DNA of 64,000 bases from positions 1,137 to 65,136 of the forward strand of contig JAWLDJ010000003.1 in NCBI GenBank assembly GCA_041686695.1, given 5' to 3'. Below the pieces are notes generated by a model, which was not told where the DNA came from, ran no database searches, and was given only the letters and a program-made list of their open reading frames with translations. The position numbers and the translations under genes were made by a program. The stretch comes from Nitriliruptoraceae bacterium (GTDB lineage: Bacteria > Actinomycetota > Nitriliruptoria > Nitriliruptorales > Nitriliruptoraceae). This document shows positions 1 through 10,215 of this stretch, one piece after another. The stretch's first letter is position 1; the number at the start of each line of letters is the position of its first letter.

Positions 1-257
1 AGGACTACAGCTGGCGCTACGACCGGGCCGGGTAGCTGGAGTCGTCGACAGCGCCGTGATGCCGGCACCGGCCGGATCTCGCGCGGTGCGGCCGGGCACT
101 CCGATCCTCGCATCAGGGCCGTGAGACCTTGCGGGGGTACCACGAACCGGTGAGACTGCAGCCTGCAGCCTGCAGCCGCCCGCACCGGCTGAGCCGGGCC
201 CATCGTGTGGCCCCGGTCGGCGCGGTGATCCCCGGGCGCGGATGGAGGGGAGCGCCG

Positions 258-2774
258 ATGCCCGCGACGCGGACCCGCCTCCAGGTGCGGATCTCCGGCG
301 TCGTGCAGGGCGTTGGCTTCCGGCCGTTCGTGCACCGGCTGGCCGGTGAGCTCGGCCTGGCCGGTCACGTGGGCAACGACGCCGCCGGGGTGTTCGTCGA
401 GGTGGCAGGACCCACCGCCGCCGTCGATGCCTTCCTCGTGCGCGTCCGGCAGGACGCACCCGTGCTGGCTCGCGTCCACGACGTCGAGGTGACGCCGATG
501 CCACCGTCCCTCGACGACGACGGGTCCTTCCGGATCGTCGCGAGCCCGGTCGGTGGGCCCATCGCGACGCTCGTGCCTGCCGACATCGCCATCTGTGACG
601 ACTGCCGGAGCGAGCTGTTCGACCCCAGCGATCGCCGCTACCGGCACGCGTTCACCACCTGCACCAACTGCGGGCCCCGCTTCACGATCGTGCGGTCGCT
701 GCCCTACGACCGCCCGGCGACGACCATGGCCGGGTTCGTGATGTGCGATGCCTGCCGCAGCGAGTACCACGATCCCACCGACCGACGCTTCCACGCCCAG
801 CCGATCGCCTGCCCCGATTGTGGTCCGACGCTGCGCTACGAGCCGGTCGCAGGTGCCGCTGGTCTCCACGCGACCGTCCGGCGCGGACGTGACGACCCCG
901 AAGGCGCTGGACCGGTCACCGGCACCGAGCCCGCACTGGCTGCCGCCCAGCGGTGCCTGGCCGAGGGTGGCACGATCGCGGTCAAGGGCGTCGGTGGCTT
1001 CCACCTGGCGTGTGATGCCACGGCACCCTCGGCCGTCGGGCTGCTGCGCCGCCGCAAGCAGCGCCCGGACAAACCCTTCGCGGTGATGGTCGCCGACGTC
1101 GAGGCGGCTCGGACCATCGCGGTGTGCAGCGAGCGCGAACTGGCGGCGTTGACCTCCCCACAGCGCCCGGTGGTGCTGGTCCGGCGGCGCACGGGGGCGG
1201 ACGTGCCACGGCCGTCCGACGCGCTGGCGGTGGCGGACGAGGTGGCCCCCGGCAACCCCTGGCTCGGGGTCATGCTCCCGTCGTCACCGCTGCACGAGCT
1301 GCTCCTCGCTCCACAGCCCGACGGCACGAGGATCGTGCCGAGGGTGCTCGTGATGACCAGCGGCAACGTCAGCGGCGAGCCCATCTGCTTCGACGACGGC
1401 GATGCCCACGACCGTCTGCAGCCGCTGGTGGACGGGTTCCTGCTCCACGACCGACCGATCCACGTGCCCTGCGACGACGGTGTCGTCCGCGAGATCGACG
1501 GCGAGGTGGTGCCGCTGCGGCGCTCGCGCGGCGACGCTCCGTTGCCGCTGCGCCTGCCGGGCCACGCCCCTGCCCTGCTCGCGGTCGGTGCGGAGCTGAA
1601 GAACACCGTCGGCGTGGCCAGCGGCCAGCAGGCCTGGCTCAGCCAGCACATCGGCGATCTCGGGGCGTTGGAGACCCTGGAGGCGTTCGAGCGGACCACC
1701 GAGCAGCTGACCGCGTTCTTCCAGGTCGAGCCCGAGCACGTCGCGGTGGATCCCCACCCGTCCTACGCGACCCATGCCTGGGCGCGACGGCACCACCGGG
1801 AGCGGCTCCAACCCGTCCAGCATCACCATGCCCACGCGGCCGCGTTGTTGGCGGAGCACGGCCTCGCACCCGACGAGGTGGCGCTGATCGTCGCCTTCGA
1901 CGGCACGGGTTACGGCACCGATCACACCATGTGGGGCGGCGAGGTGCTGCTGGCCAGCCAGGCGGCCGCCGCCCGCACCGCCCACCTCGCTGCCGTGCCC
2001 CTGCCAGGCGGGGACTCCGCCGTCACCAACCCGGCTCGGATGGCGTTGGCGCACCTGTGGGCCGCAGGGATCGTCTGGGACGAGGGGTTGCCCTGCGTCG
2101 CGGCGCTGACGAGCAGTGAGCGGGACCTGCTGCGCCGGCAACTCGAGCGCGACGTCGCCTGCGTGCCCACCTCCTCGGCCGGTCGGCTCTTCGACGCGGT
2201 CAGTGCGCTGCTCGGCGTGCGACAGCGGATCACCTACGAGGGACAGGCCGCCATCGAGCTCGAGTGGCTGGCCGACGCCTGGAGCCAGGGCGGCAACGCT
2301 GACGAGCACGCCCCTTGCTACCGCTTCGTGCTCCGTGCTCCCCATGCCGCCGGCGGTGGGGCGACCGGGCCAGCCACCACAGCGGCTGACCCGGCAGGGG
2401 GCCGACTCGGACCCCTCGTGCTCGATCCCGGGCCGGTGCTGCGGGCGGTCGTCGCCGACGTGCTCGCCGGGGTCGACCGCTCCGCGATCGCGGCCGGGTT
2501 CCACCTCGCCGTCGCCGCGGTGATCACCGCGGTCGCCGATCAGGTGGCAGCGGACGGTGGAACCCGTACGGTGGGCTTGACCGGCGGGGTGTTCCAGAAC
2601 GCCTGGCTGACGACCCGCACACGGACACGACTGGAGCAGCGAGGTCACAGCGTGCTGACCCACCGCCTGGTGCCCGCGAACGACGGCGGGCTGGCCTACG
2701 GGCAGTTGGCCGTCGTCGCCGCACGGCTGCCCGACGGTGGTGTCGCTGTGGACGGCCGACCCGCACCCGACTGA
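258..2774 (+). CDS. hypF: [NiFe]-hydrogenase maturation carbamoyltransferase HypF
   Basis: Long ORF 129..2774. The likely start is ATG 258, after GGAGGGG at 244-250. It has an acylphosphatase-like N-terminus (VQGVGFRPFV), two CxxC...CxxC zinc-finger pairs (CDDC..CTNCGPRF, CDAC..CPDCGP), and YrdC-like and Kae1-like C-terminal parts. It is followed by hypCDE. Confidence 0.93.
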   Translation: MPATRTRLQVRISGVVQGVGFRPFVHRLAGELGLAGHVGNDAAGVFVEVAGPTAAVDAFLVRVRQDAPVLARVHDVEVTPMPPSLDDDGSFRIVASPVGGPIATLVPADIAICDDCRSELFDPSDRRYRHAFTTCTNCGPRFTIVRSLPYDRPATTMAGFVMCDACRSEYHDPTDRRFHAQPIACPDCGPTLRYEPVAGAAGLHATVRRGRDDPEGAGPVTGTEPALAAAQRCLAEGGTIAVKGVGGFHLACDATAPSAVGLLRRRKQRPDKPFAVMVADVEAARTIAVCSERELAALTSPQRPVVLVRRRTGADVPRPSDALAVADEVAPGNPWLGVMLPSSPLHELLLAPQPDGTRIVPRVLVMTSGNVSGEPICFDDGDAHDRLQPLVDGFLLHDRPIHVPCDDGVVREIDGEVVPLRRSRGDAPLPLRLPGHAPALLAVGAELKNTVGVASGQQAWLSQHIGDLGALETLEAFERTTEQLTAFFQVEPEHVAVDPHPSYATHAWARRHHRERLQPVQHHHAHAAALLAEHGLAPDEVALIVAFDGTGYGTDHTMWGGEVLLASQAAAARTAHLAAVPLPGGDSAVTNPARMALAHLWAAGIVWDEGLPCVAALTSSERDLLRRQLERDVACVPTSSAGRLFDAVSALLGVRQRITYEGQAAIELEWLADAWSQGGNADEHAPCYRFVLRAPHAAGGGATGPATTAADPAGGRLGPLVLDPGPVLRAVVADVLAGVDRSAIAAGFHLAVAAVITAVADQVAADGGTRTVGLTGGVFQNAWLTTRTRTRLEQRGHSVLTHRLVPANDGGLAYGQLAVVAARLPDGGVAVDGRPAPD

Positions 2775-2818
2775 CCCGCACCTGACCGACCCGTAGCCGA
2801 CCGACCCGCACCGACCAG
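2757..2818. repeat. Four tandem ~15-bp units (GACCCGCACCNGACN) spanning the hypF stop and the hypF-hypC spacer
   Basis: Read directly: gacccgcacccgact / gacccgcacctgacc / gacccgtagccgacc / gacccgcaccgacca. Confidence 0.7.
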
Positions 2819-2838
2819 TGATGACGGAAGGAACGACG

Positions 2839-3186
2839 ATGTGTCTGGGGGTTCCCGGACGGATCGAGGCGATCCGTGACGAGCAGGGCACGCCGATGGC
2901 CTCCGTGGACTTCGGCGGGATCCGCAAGGACGTCTGCCTGGCCTACCTGCCGGAGGCGGAGGTGGGTGACTACACCCTGGTCCACGTCGGGTTCGCGATC
3001 ACACGGATCGACGAGGCCTCGGCACTGGAGACGCTCGAGCTGATCCGCTCGATCGGCAACCTCGCCGAGGAGCTCGGTGAGGAACCCGCTGATGTGGCGC
3101 CGGCGCCGGACCCCGTGGCCGGAGCTGCACGCGGTGGCGATCCGCTCGCGGGCTCCCGGTCGGTGACCGGAGGAGATGACGCGTGA
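2839..3186 (+). CDS. hypC: Hydrogenase assembly chaperone HypC/HupF
   Basis: Starting at ATG 2839 gives the invariant N-terminus MCLGVPG (essential Cys2). The ORF-track start at 2818 lies 7 codons upstream. The gene sits between hypF and hypD. Confidence 0.9.
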   Translation: MCLGVPGRIEAIRDEQGTPMASVDFGGIRKDVCLAYLPEAEVGDYTLVHVGFAITRIDEASALETLELIRSIGNLAEELGEEPADVAPAPDPVAGAARGGDPLAGSRSVTGGDDA

Positions 3187-4292
3187 AGTACCTCGACGAG
3201 TTCAACGATCCCGAGCTCGCCAGACAGCAGTTCGAGGACATCGAACGGATCGTCACCCGGCCCTGGGCCCTGATGGAGGTGTGTGGCGGACAGACCCACT
3301 CGATCGTGCGCAACGGCATCGATCAGCTGCTGCCCGAGCAGGTGCGTCTGATCCACGGCCCCGGGTGCCCCGTCTGCGTCACCCCGCTGGAGACGATCGA
3401 CAAGGCGCTGGCGATCGCGGCCCGCAACGACACGATCTTCTGCTCCTTCGGCGACATGCTGCGGGTACCCGGCAGCCACCACGATCTGTTCCAGATCCGC
3501 TCGAACGGCGGCGATGTCCGGGTCGTGTACTCACCGCTGGACGCGGTCCGGATCGCCGCGGACAACCCGGACAAGGAGGTCGTCTTCTTCGGTATCGGGT
3601 TCGAGACCACCGCGCCGGCCAACGCGATGACGGTGGTCGAGGCCAAGCGGCGCGGACTGACCAACTTCTCGATGCTGGTCAGCCACGTGCTCGTGCCCCC
3701 CGCGATCGCGGCCATCGCTTCCTCGCCGGACACCCAGGTCAACGCCTACCTCGCCGCCGGGCACGTCAACGTCGTGATGGGCACCGCCGAGTACGAGCCG
3801 CTGGTGGCGCGCTTCGACGTCCCGATCGTGGTGACCGGGTTCGAGCCGCTGGACGTCCTCGAGGGGATCCGCCGGGCGTTGCTGCAGCTGGAGCAGGGCC
3901 GCGCCGAGGTGGAGAACGCCTACCCCCGGGCGGTGCAGGCGGGGGGCAACCCGGCCGCACAGGCGGTGCTGGCCGACGTCTTCGAGGTGTGCGACCGTCC
4001 CTGGCGGGGGATCGGCGTCATCCCGGCCAGCGGTTGGCGGCTGTCCCCTCGGTACCGCGAGTTCGACGCCGAGCACCGCTTCGAGGTCCAGGACCTCCAC
4101 GTCGAGGAGTCACCCTTGTGCCGCTCCGGTGAGGTGCTGCAGGGGCTGATCAAACCGAACGAATGTGAGCAGTTCGGCACCACCTGCACGCCGCGCAAGC
4201 CGCTCGGCGCCACCATGGTGTCCTCTGAGGGGGCCTGCGCGGCCTACTACCAGTACCGCCGGCTGGACGTGCCGGAGAAGGTGCGAGCGTGA
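3183..4292 (+). CDS. hypD: Hydrogenase maturation Fe-S protein HypD
   Basis: 369 aa with a GTGA overlap to hypC. Carries the motifs EVCGGQTH and GPGCPVCV, and a Cys-rich C-terminus. Confidence 0.95.
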   Translation: MKYLDEFNDPELARQQFEDIERIVTRPWALMEVCGGQTHSIVRNGIDQLLPEQVRLIHGPGCPVCVTPLETIDKALAIAARNDTIFCSFGDMLRVPGSHHDLFQIRSNGGDVRVVYSPLDAVRIAADNPDKEVVFFGIGFETTAPANAMTVVEAKRRGLTNFSMLVSHVLVPPAIAAIASSPDTQVNAYLAAGHVNVVMGTAEYEPLVARFDVPIVVTGFEPLDVLEGIRRALLQLEQGRAEVENAYPRAVQAGGNPAAQAVLADVFEVCDRPWRGIGVIPASGWRLSPRYREFDAEHRFEVQDLHVEESPLCRSGEVLQGLIKPNECEQFGTTCTPRKPLGATMVSSEGACAAYYQYRRLDVPEKVRA

Positions 4293-5377
4293 CCAGCGAG
4301 ACCGAGGTCGTGACCAGCGTCGCCGCCGGGGCCTGGAGTTGCCCCCTCCCCTTGCGTGACCACGAGCGGATCGTCACCGGACACGGCGGCGGCGGCCGTC
4401 TGTCGAGCGAGCTGATCGAGCATCTGTTCCGCCCGGCGTTCGGTGGTGGTGTCGACGATCCCTCCCACGACGCCGTGGTGCTGCCGCTGCCCACCGGTGG
4501 CGACCGCCTGGCGTTCTCCACCGACAGCTACGTCGTCACCCCCGTCATCTTCCCCGGTGGCAGCATCGGTGACCTGGCCGTCAACGGCACCGTGAACGAC
4601 ATCGCCATGACCGGAGCGGTGCCGCTCGTGCTGTCGACCGCGTTCGTCCTCGAGGAGGGCCTCGAGCTGGCCACGCTGGGGCGGATCGCCGAGGACATGG
4701 GTCGCGCGGCGACGGCGGCAGAGGTCCAGCTCGTCACCGGTGACACCAAGGTGGTGGAGGCCCGTGACCGCGGTGGCCTGACGATCACCACCGCAGGCTT
4801 CGGTGTCGTGCCCGAGGGGGTCGAGCTCGGCCCGCGACGTGTGCGACCCGGCGACCAGGTCCTGCTCAGCGGCCCGATCGGTCAGCACGGCATGGCGATC
4901 ATGAGCCTGCGCGAGGGCCTGGAGTTCGAGACCGAGCTGCGGACCGACTCCGCCCCGCTGGCCGGGCTGGTCCAGACGATGCTGGCCGCGGCACCAGGTG
5001 GCGGGGTCCGGGCGTTGCGCGACGCCACCCGTGGGGGGTTCGCGGCCGTGCTGTGCGAGCTGGCCGAGGCCGGCGACACGGGCATCGAGTACGTGGAACG
5101 CGATGTCCCGGTCCCGGGCGACGTCGCGGCAGCCTGTGGGTTCCTCGGCCTCGATCCGACCCACGTGGCCAACGAGGGCAAGCTCGTCGCGGTCGTCGCT
5201 CCCGAGGTGACCGACGAGGTCCTGGCAGCGATGCGCAGTCACCCCCATGGCCGCGAGGCGGTACGGGTCGGCGAGGTGGTCGAGGACCACCGCGGCATCG
5301 TCGTGGCCCGCACCGGCATCGGTGCCCGACGCGTCGTGGACCTCCCGCTCGGGGAGCAGCTGCCGAGGATCTGCTGA
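4289..5377 (+). CDS. hypE: Hydrogenase maturation carbamoyl dehydratase HypE
   Basis: 362 aa, 4-nt overlap with hypD. PurM/AIR-synthase-like sequence ending in the conserved C-terminal ...PRIC. Confidence 0.95.
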   Translation: MTSETEVVTSVAAGAWSCPLPLRDHERIVTGHGGGGRLSSELIEHLFRPAFGGGVDDPSHDAVVLPLPTGGDRLAFSTDSYVVTPVIFPGGSIGDLAVNGTVNDIAMTGAVPLVLSTAFVLEEGLELATLGRIAEDMGRAATAAEVQLVTGDTKVVEARDRGGLTITTAGFGVVPEGVELGPRRVRPGDQVLLSGPIGQHGMAIMSLREGLEFETELRTDSAPLAGLVQTMLAAAPGGGVRALRDATRGGFAAVLCELAEAGDTGIEYVERDVPVPGDVAAACGFLGLDPTHVANEGKLVAVVAPEVTDEVLAAMRSHPHGREAVRVGEVVEDHRGIVVARTGIGARRVVDLPLGEQLPRIC

Positions 5378-6231
5378 TGCTGTGTCTGGCCGCGTTGCCG
5401 CCGGTGCCGACAGGTGATGACGGCGAGGAGGCACCGCCATCGTCTCAGGGTGGGCAGGACCGACCACCGACGCGCCGCTCCCGGATCCGGTTGGTCCTGC
5501 TCGTCACCCTCGGGCTGCTCATCGTCGGGATCGTCGCCTTCGTGGTCTGGGCCAGCCTGGCCCGGCCACCCGAGCCCGGCCCGTTGGAGGCCGCGCTGAG
5601 CGATCCCGCCGTCGAGGTGACTCTGGGCCCGGTGGTGGAGCTGCGTCCCAGCGACGCCGAGCCGACCCGGGGGGTGGTCTTCTACCCCGGCGCCCGCGTG
5701 CACCGCGAGGCCTACGTGGCGACCTGGGCGCCGATCGTCGCCGAGGCCGACCTGCTGGTCCTGATCCCGCGGATGCCGCTCAACCTCGCCATCTTCGGCC
5801 GCTCGCGCGCCGCGGACCTGATCGGCGACACCCCGGAGATCGACCGCTGGTGGGTGGGGGGACACTCCCTCGGGGGCGCGATGGCCGCCAGCTGGCTCGG
5901 TGACCAGCCGCCCGGGAGCGTGGACGGGCTGACCCTGTGGGCCTCCTTCGCCACCGGCGGCGCGGAGCTCTCCTCCCGCACGGACCTGACGGTGCTGTCG
6001 GTGTCCGGCAGCCGTGACGGCCTCGCCACCCCCGCCGACATCGCCGAGCGTCGCGACCTGCTCCCGCCGAGCGCGATCATGGTCGAGGTGGAGGGCATGA
6101 ACCACGCGCAGTTCGGGCGGTACGGGCCCCAGGGCGGCGACCTCACGCCGACGATCAGCGACGACGAGGCGCAGTCAGCCCTGACGCAGGCCCACGTGGC
6201 GGCGCTGCGGACCGCGGACGCCACCAGCTAG
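5377..6231 (+). CDS. Membrane-anchored alpha/beta-fold hydrolase
   Basis: ATG 5377 overlaps the hypE stop (TGATG). It has an N-terminal TM helix (IRLVLLVTLGLLIVGIVAFVVWA) and the nucleophile elbow GGHSLGG. The ORF-track start at 5053 lies inside hypE and is not credible. Confidence 0.75.
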   Translation: MLCLAALPPVPTGDDGEEAPPSSQGGQDRPPTRRSRIRLVLLVTLGLLIVGIVAFVVWASLARPPEPGPLEAALSDPAVEVTLGPVVELRPSDAEPTRGVVFYPGARVHREAYVATWAPIVAEADLLVLIPRMPLNLAIFGRSRAADLIGDTPEIDRWWVGGHSLGGAMAASWLGDQPPGSVDGLTLWASFATGGAELSSRTDLTVLSVSGSRDGLATPADIAERRDLLPPSAIMVEVEGMNHAQFGRYGPQGGDLTPTISDDEAQSALTQAHVAALRTADATS

Positions 6232-6723
6232 GTCCACGGCGCGCACGGCGACCTCGGTCGCCGCGCTGGCAGCCGTGCCGTCCAGGCTGCCGACCAGGGC
6301 CGCGGCCACCGCTGCCGCCGCATGGCGCACGGGACGGCACGGTGGGTGCCCGACCTCGAAGCGGATCCCCTCGATGCCGATCACGGTGAGGGTCGCCGGT
6401 AGCCGTTGGAGGGCGGCGGCCAGGTGGAGCGTGGTCGCCACCCCGAGGTCGTGGGTGCCACCACCGGTGGCGGGCAGGTGTTCGAGCAGCCGTTGCCCGG
6501 ACCACTGCTGGACCGTGCCAGGGGGCTGACCCGTCCGGACGGTGTCGACCAACACGACGCGTGCCGCGGTGTCCCACAGCGGATCGGTCAGCAGCTGGCT
6601 GGGGTCGCCGCTGACGGTGCGCGCCACGATCCCCGGGGTGTCGTCGAGAGCCCGCGCCACCAGGGTTCCCGCCGCGTCGTCGCCGCGGTCGGGATGGCCG
6701 ACCCCCAGCACCAGCACGGTCAT
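6175..6723 (-). CDS. Hydrogenase maturation endopeptidase (HybD/HoxW family)
   Basis: The start at 6723 forms an ATGA overlap with the large-subunit stop. N-terminus is [19 protein letters not shown], with a later GGTHDLG motif. It is the internal part of track ORF 6175..7809. Confidence 0.85.
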   Translation of the reverse strand: MTVLVLGVGHPDRGDDAAGTLVARALDDTPGIVARTVSGDPSQLLTDPLWDTAARVVLVDTVRTGQPPGTVQQWSGQRLLEHLPATGGGTHDLGVATTLHLAAALQRLPATLTVIGIEGIRFEVGHPPCRPVRHAAAAVAAALVGSLDGTAASAATEVAVRAVDLAGGVRGPQRRHVGLRQG

Positions 6724-8060
6724 CGGCGTCGCACCGTGAGGTCGAGGAAGTGGGTCGAACAAGAGATGCAGGGGTCGTAGTTGCGGATCGCCTGTTCGCA
6801 CTGCCACTGCAGGGCATCGTCGTCCAGCTCGAGGTGGGCCTGGACGAAGTCGAGGAGGTCCTCCTCGATGGCGGGCTGGTTCTGGGAGGTCGGGGGCACG
6901 ATGACCGCGTCGGTGATCAGGCCGTCGTCGTCCAGGGTGTAGCGGTGGTAGAGGACGCCGCGGGGCGCCTCGGTGGCACCGTGTCCGGTACCGGCGACGG
7001 GCTCGACCGGCACCGCCGGCTCCTCGGGGCGCTCGTAGGCCTCGACCAGGCGCAGCGCCTCGTCGAAGGCATACGCGGTCTCGATCGCCCGCACCACGAT
7101 GCTGCGGAAGGGGTTGGTCACCGCCTCGGCGCAGCCGACCTCCTCGGCCAGTTCGGCGATCGCCGCAGGGAGCCGGTCGGCGTTCAGGTTGAACCGAGCG
7201 GCGGGGCCCACGAGGTAGGTGCCGCCTCCGGTCATCCGGCCGTGCAGGGCGGTGGAGTGCGCGACGTGCTCCTCGTGGAAGTGCTCCGGCCACTCCTCGA
7301 TGCCGATGTCCAGCCCGGTGGTGGTCACCAGCCTCCCGTCCTCGATCGGGTACCCGGTGGCGCCAGGGGGCAGGCGATCGAGTTCCGGGCGCAGCGAAGC
7401 GAACGTGTGGCCCTGGTCCAGCTCGGGGAAGGTGAAGCCGGCCACCAGACGAGCCGCCTCGATCGCAGCGTCCCGTCCCCACTGCAGCTCCGGGACCATC
7501 GCTTCGAGCTCGGCGCGGGTCGGAGCCCGGTGGAACCCACCGACGCGCACGTTGATCGGGTGGATCGCGCGTCCACCGATCACCTCGAGCAACTGGTTGC
7601 CGGCCTTGCGGAGCCTCAGCGCCGTCTCGACCAGGTCGCGGTGGTCGGCTGCCATCTCGATGGCCCCCTGGTAGCCCAGGAAGTCGGGCGCATGGAGCAG
7701 GAAGATGTGCAGCACGTGGCTCTCGATCCACTCCCCGCAGTACAACAGCCGCCGGAGCTGCCGGATCCCGTCGGGCAGCGCGATGCCCCCGGGGGTGCCG
7801 ACCCGGCACAGCGACTCGATCGCGTTGATCGCCGACAGCTGGTAGGCCACCGGACAGATGCCGCAGATCCGCGCCGTGATGTCGGGCGGCTCGAGGTAGC
7901 TCCGGCCCCTGAGCATCGCCTCGAAGAAGCGAGGTGGTTCGTAGATGCGCAGCTGGACCTGCTCCACACGGCCGTCGGCCACCTCGACGTGCATCGCGCC
8001 CTCACCCTCGACGCGAGCGAGCGCCTCGACGGAGATGGTGCGGTCGTGGCTGTGGCTCAC
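6720..8060 (-). CDS. hyhL: [NiFe]-hydrogenase large subunit, group 3b-like
   Basis: 446 aa. N-terminal ARVEGEG and [10 protein letters not shown], and C-terminal DPCISCSTH followed by a 9-residue tail (the endopeptidase substrate). The short length fits cytosolic group 3 enzymes. Confidence 0.93.
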   Translation of the reverse strand: MSHSHDRTISVEALARVEGEGAMHVEVADGRVEQVQLRIYEPPRFFEAMLRGRSYLEPPDITARICGICPVAYQLSAINAIESLCRVGTPGGIALPDGIRQLRRLLYCGEWIESHVLHIFLLHAPDFLGYQGAIEMAADHRDLVETALRLRKAGNQLLEVIGGRAIHPINVRVGGFHRAPTRAELEAMVPELQWGRDAAIEAARLVAGFTFPELDQGHTFASLRPELDRLPPGATGYPIEDGRLVTTTGLDIGIEEWPEHFHEEHVAHSTALHGRMTGGGTYLVGPAARFNLNADRLPAAIAELAEEVGCAEAVTNPFRSIVVRAIETAYAFDEALRLVEAYERPEEPAVPVEPVAGTGHGATEAPRGVLYHRYTLDDDGLITDAVIVPPTSQNQPAIEEDLLDFVQAHLELDDDALQWQCEQAIRNYDPCISCSTHFLDLTVRRR

Positions 8061-8866
8061 GTCGCCACCTCCTCGGGTTCGTGGCGGCGGGACTCACCGC
8101 GGAAGGCGGGGGCGTCGGCGTTGAAGGTCCGGAAGAGCCGGACGAGCTCCGGGTGGTCCAGGGCGAAGCGATCCTCCAGCCAGCTGGCCAGCGACGCGGT
8201 GTTGGGGGACTCGGCGGGACCGAAACACCCGTAGCAACCCCGGTCGAAGCTCGGACACCGGGCGTTGCAGCCGGCCTGGGTGACCGGCCCCAGACACGGG
8301 GTGCCGTGTGCGACCGCCACGCAGAGGTTGCCCCGGAGCTTGCACTCCACGCAGACCGAGTGCGTGGGGGTGACGGGCTTGCGACCGGCCAGGATCGCGT
8401 TGATCACCTCGACGAGCTGGCTGGTCTCGATCGGGCAGCCGCGCAGCTCGAGGTCGACCGGCACGTGCTCGGCGATGGCGGTGGAGTCCGCGAGGGTGTC
8501 GACGTACTCCGGCCGGGCGTAGACCAGGGAGCGGAAGTCCTCGACGTCGCCGAAGTTGCGCAGTGCCTGGATCCCGCCCGCGGTGGCGCACGCACCGATC
8601 GTGATCAGGGTCGTGGAGATGTCGCGGATGTGACGGATGCGTTCGGCGTCCGCGGGGGTGGTGATCGAGCCCTCCACCAGGGAGACGTCGTAGGGTCCGT
8701 CCTTGACCTCCCGGGTGGCCTCGAGGAAGTAAGCGATGTCGATCTCGCCGGCGATCGTGAGCAGTTCGTCCTCGGCCGACAGCAGTGACAACTGGCAGCC
8801 GTCACAGGACGCGAACTTCCACACCGCGACCGTGGGTCGTCCGATCCCTTCCGGCACGGCACTCAC
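8057..8866 (-). CDS. hyhS: [NiFe]-hydrogenase small subunit, group 3-type (no Tat signal)
   Basis: 269 aa with N-terminal [10 protein letters not shown] and several further Cys clusters. 4-nt overlap with the large subunit. Confidence 0.9.
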   Translation of the reverse strand: MSAVPEGIGRPTVAVWKFASCDGCQLSLLSAEDELLTIAGEIDIAYFLEATREVKDGPYDVSLVEGSITTPADAERIRHIRDISTTLITIGACATAGGIQALRNFGDVEDFRSLVYARPEYVDTLADSTAIAEHVPVDLELRGCPIETSQLVEVINAILAGRKPVTPTHSVCVECKLRGNLCVAVAHGTPCLGPVTQAGCNARCPSFDRGCYGCFGPAESPNTASLASWLEDRFALDHPELVRLFRTFNADAPAFRGESRRHEPEEVAT

Positions 8867-8879
8867 CTCCTCGTCCTCG

Positions 8880-9722
8880 TCACAGCTCGCGGACGTCCAA
8901 CAGCCCGGCGACCTCGGGCCAGCTGAAGACCGGCCCGTCGCGGCACAGGAACTTGGGCCCCAGCTGGCAGTGGCCGCATGTCCCCACGCCGCACTTCATG
9001 TTGCGCTCCAGCGTCACGTAGATGCGTTCCGGGGGGACGCCGCGCTTGACCAGGGCCTCGGCCGAGAACCACATCATGATCTCGGGGCCGCAGGTCAGGA
9101 TGACCGCGTTCTCCGGATCGAAGGGCACCCGCGGGATCAGCTTGGTCACCACCCCGACCCGGCCGCCCCAGCCGCGCACGGCGCTGTCCACGGTCACATG
9201 GACGTCGATGCCCCGATCAGCGTGCCAACGGTCCAGGTCGTCGCGGAAGACCAGGTCGCGCGGGCTGCGAGCGCCGGTCAGCAGCACGATGCGGCCGTAA
9301 CGTTCCCGGTGACGCAACGCCTCGACGATCGCGGGCCGCACCGGGGCGAGCCCGATCCCGCCGGCGACGATGACCAGGTCCTTGCCCTCGGCCTCCTCGA
9401 GCGGCCACGGTCGGCCGTAGGGGCCGCGGATCCCGATCCGGGTACCGGGCTGCAGGTCGTTGAGCGCCCGGGTCACCCATCCCACGGCCCGGATCGTGTG
9501 CGAGAGCAGGCCCGGGGTGGCGGGATCGGAGGAGATCGAGATCGCGGCCTCACCGACGCCGTAGACGTAGACCATGTCGAACTGGCCGGGACGGAAGGCG
9601 ATCGGGTGCTGCTGGGGCGCGACGTCGATGGTCACGATGTCGTGGGTCTGGTGCCGGACCGTGGTGATCTGGTACGGCCGGCTCGTCAGGGTGCCCTGCG
9701 TGGGGACGTCAAGCGCGGTCAT
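8880..9722 (-). CDS. hyhG: Hydrogenase gamma subunit: FAD/NAD(P)-binding oxidoreductase with 2Fe-2S (PyrK-like)
   Basis: 280 aa with [16 protein letters not shown] and a C-terminal [10 protein letters not shown]. Confidence 0.88.
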   Translation of the reverse strand: MTALDVPTQGTLTSRPYQITTVRHQTHDIVTIDVAPQQHPIAFRPGQFDMVYVYGVGEAAISISSDPATPGLLSHTIRAVGWVTRALNDLQPGTRIGIRGPYGRPWPLEEAEGKDLVIVAGGIGLAPVRPAIVEALRHRERYGRIVLLTGARSPRDLVFRDDLDRWHADRGIDVHVTVDSAVRGWGGRVGVVTKLIPRVPFDPENAVILTCGPEIMMWFSAEALVKRGVPPERIYVTLERNMKCGVGTCGHCQLGPKFLCRDGPVFSWPEVAGLLDVREL

Positions 9723-10215
9723 GATGGGTGATCTCGACGAGTTGGGCCCGGGTGAACTGCAGGCGCTGGACCACCAGCTGCCCGATGCGCTGCGTGAGTG
9801 CGAGGCCGAACACCGGGTCGGCGTCCATCAGCCTGCGCAGCTGCGTGGCATCGAGCTGGAGCAGGCGGACCGGTGTCAGGCACCGGGCGTCGAAGGCCCA
9901 GCGGTGCGGGGGGAACAGCCAGGACCATCCGACCGGATCGCCACCGTGCAGGGTCTCCAGCACGATCGGTTCGTCACCCGGTTCGGTCAGCTCCAGCGAC
10001 ACGTCGCCGTCGAGCAGCAGGGCCAGGGCGGCGGCCGGCTGCCCGCGGCGCAGGACGAAACCGCCGGCGGGCAGCTCCCGCTCGCTCGCCGCCTGCGACA
10101 TGGCACGCACGTGCTCGACGTCCAGGTCGGCACAGAACGGATGCCCGGCGAGGGCGACGCGCAGGGTGTCGGGGTCGCCGGAGGTCAGGAGTGCCTGCTG
10201 CCGCTCGCTCATCAT
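9709..10215 (-). CDS. Stand-alone cyclic-nucleotide-binding-domain protein embedded in the hydrogenase operon
   Basis: Start MMSERQ at 10215 (ATGATGA overlap with the hyhB stop). Its stop lies 14 nt inside hyhG. The sequence is a cNMP-type beta-barrel plus C-helix with no HTH. It is the internal part of track ORF 9709..10485. Confidence 0.8.
   Translation of the reverse strand: MMSERQQALLTSGDPDTLRVALAGHPFCADLDVEHVRAMSQAASERELPAGGFVLRRGQPAAALALLLDGDVSLELTEPGDEPIVLETLHGGDPVGWSWLFPPHRWAFDARCLTPVRLLQLDATQLRRLMDADPVFGLALTQRIGQLVVQRLQFTRAQLVEITHHDRA

Noticed and set aside
1-35. 3' end of an upstream plus-strand gene (...DYSWRYDRAG*)
   Set aside because: Only 11 codons are visible, so neither the frame nor the identity can be supported.
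1284-2927. 547-aa minus-strand ORF (and several others, e.g. 836..1699, 1124..2119) overlapping hypF
   Set aside because: These are Arg/Pro/Gly-rich shadow ORFs, typical of alternative frames in about 70% GC DNA. The hypF frame carries all the recognisable motifs.
6750-8234. 494-aa plus-strand ORF antisense to the hydrogenase large and small subunit genes
   Set aside because: It is an antisense shadow with low-complexity composition. The minus frame contains the NiFe-binding motifs.
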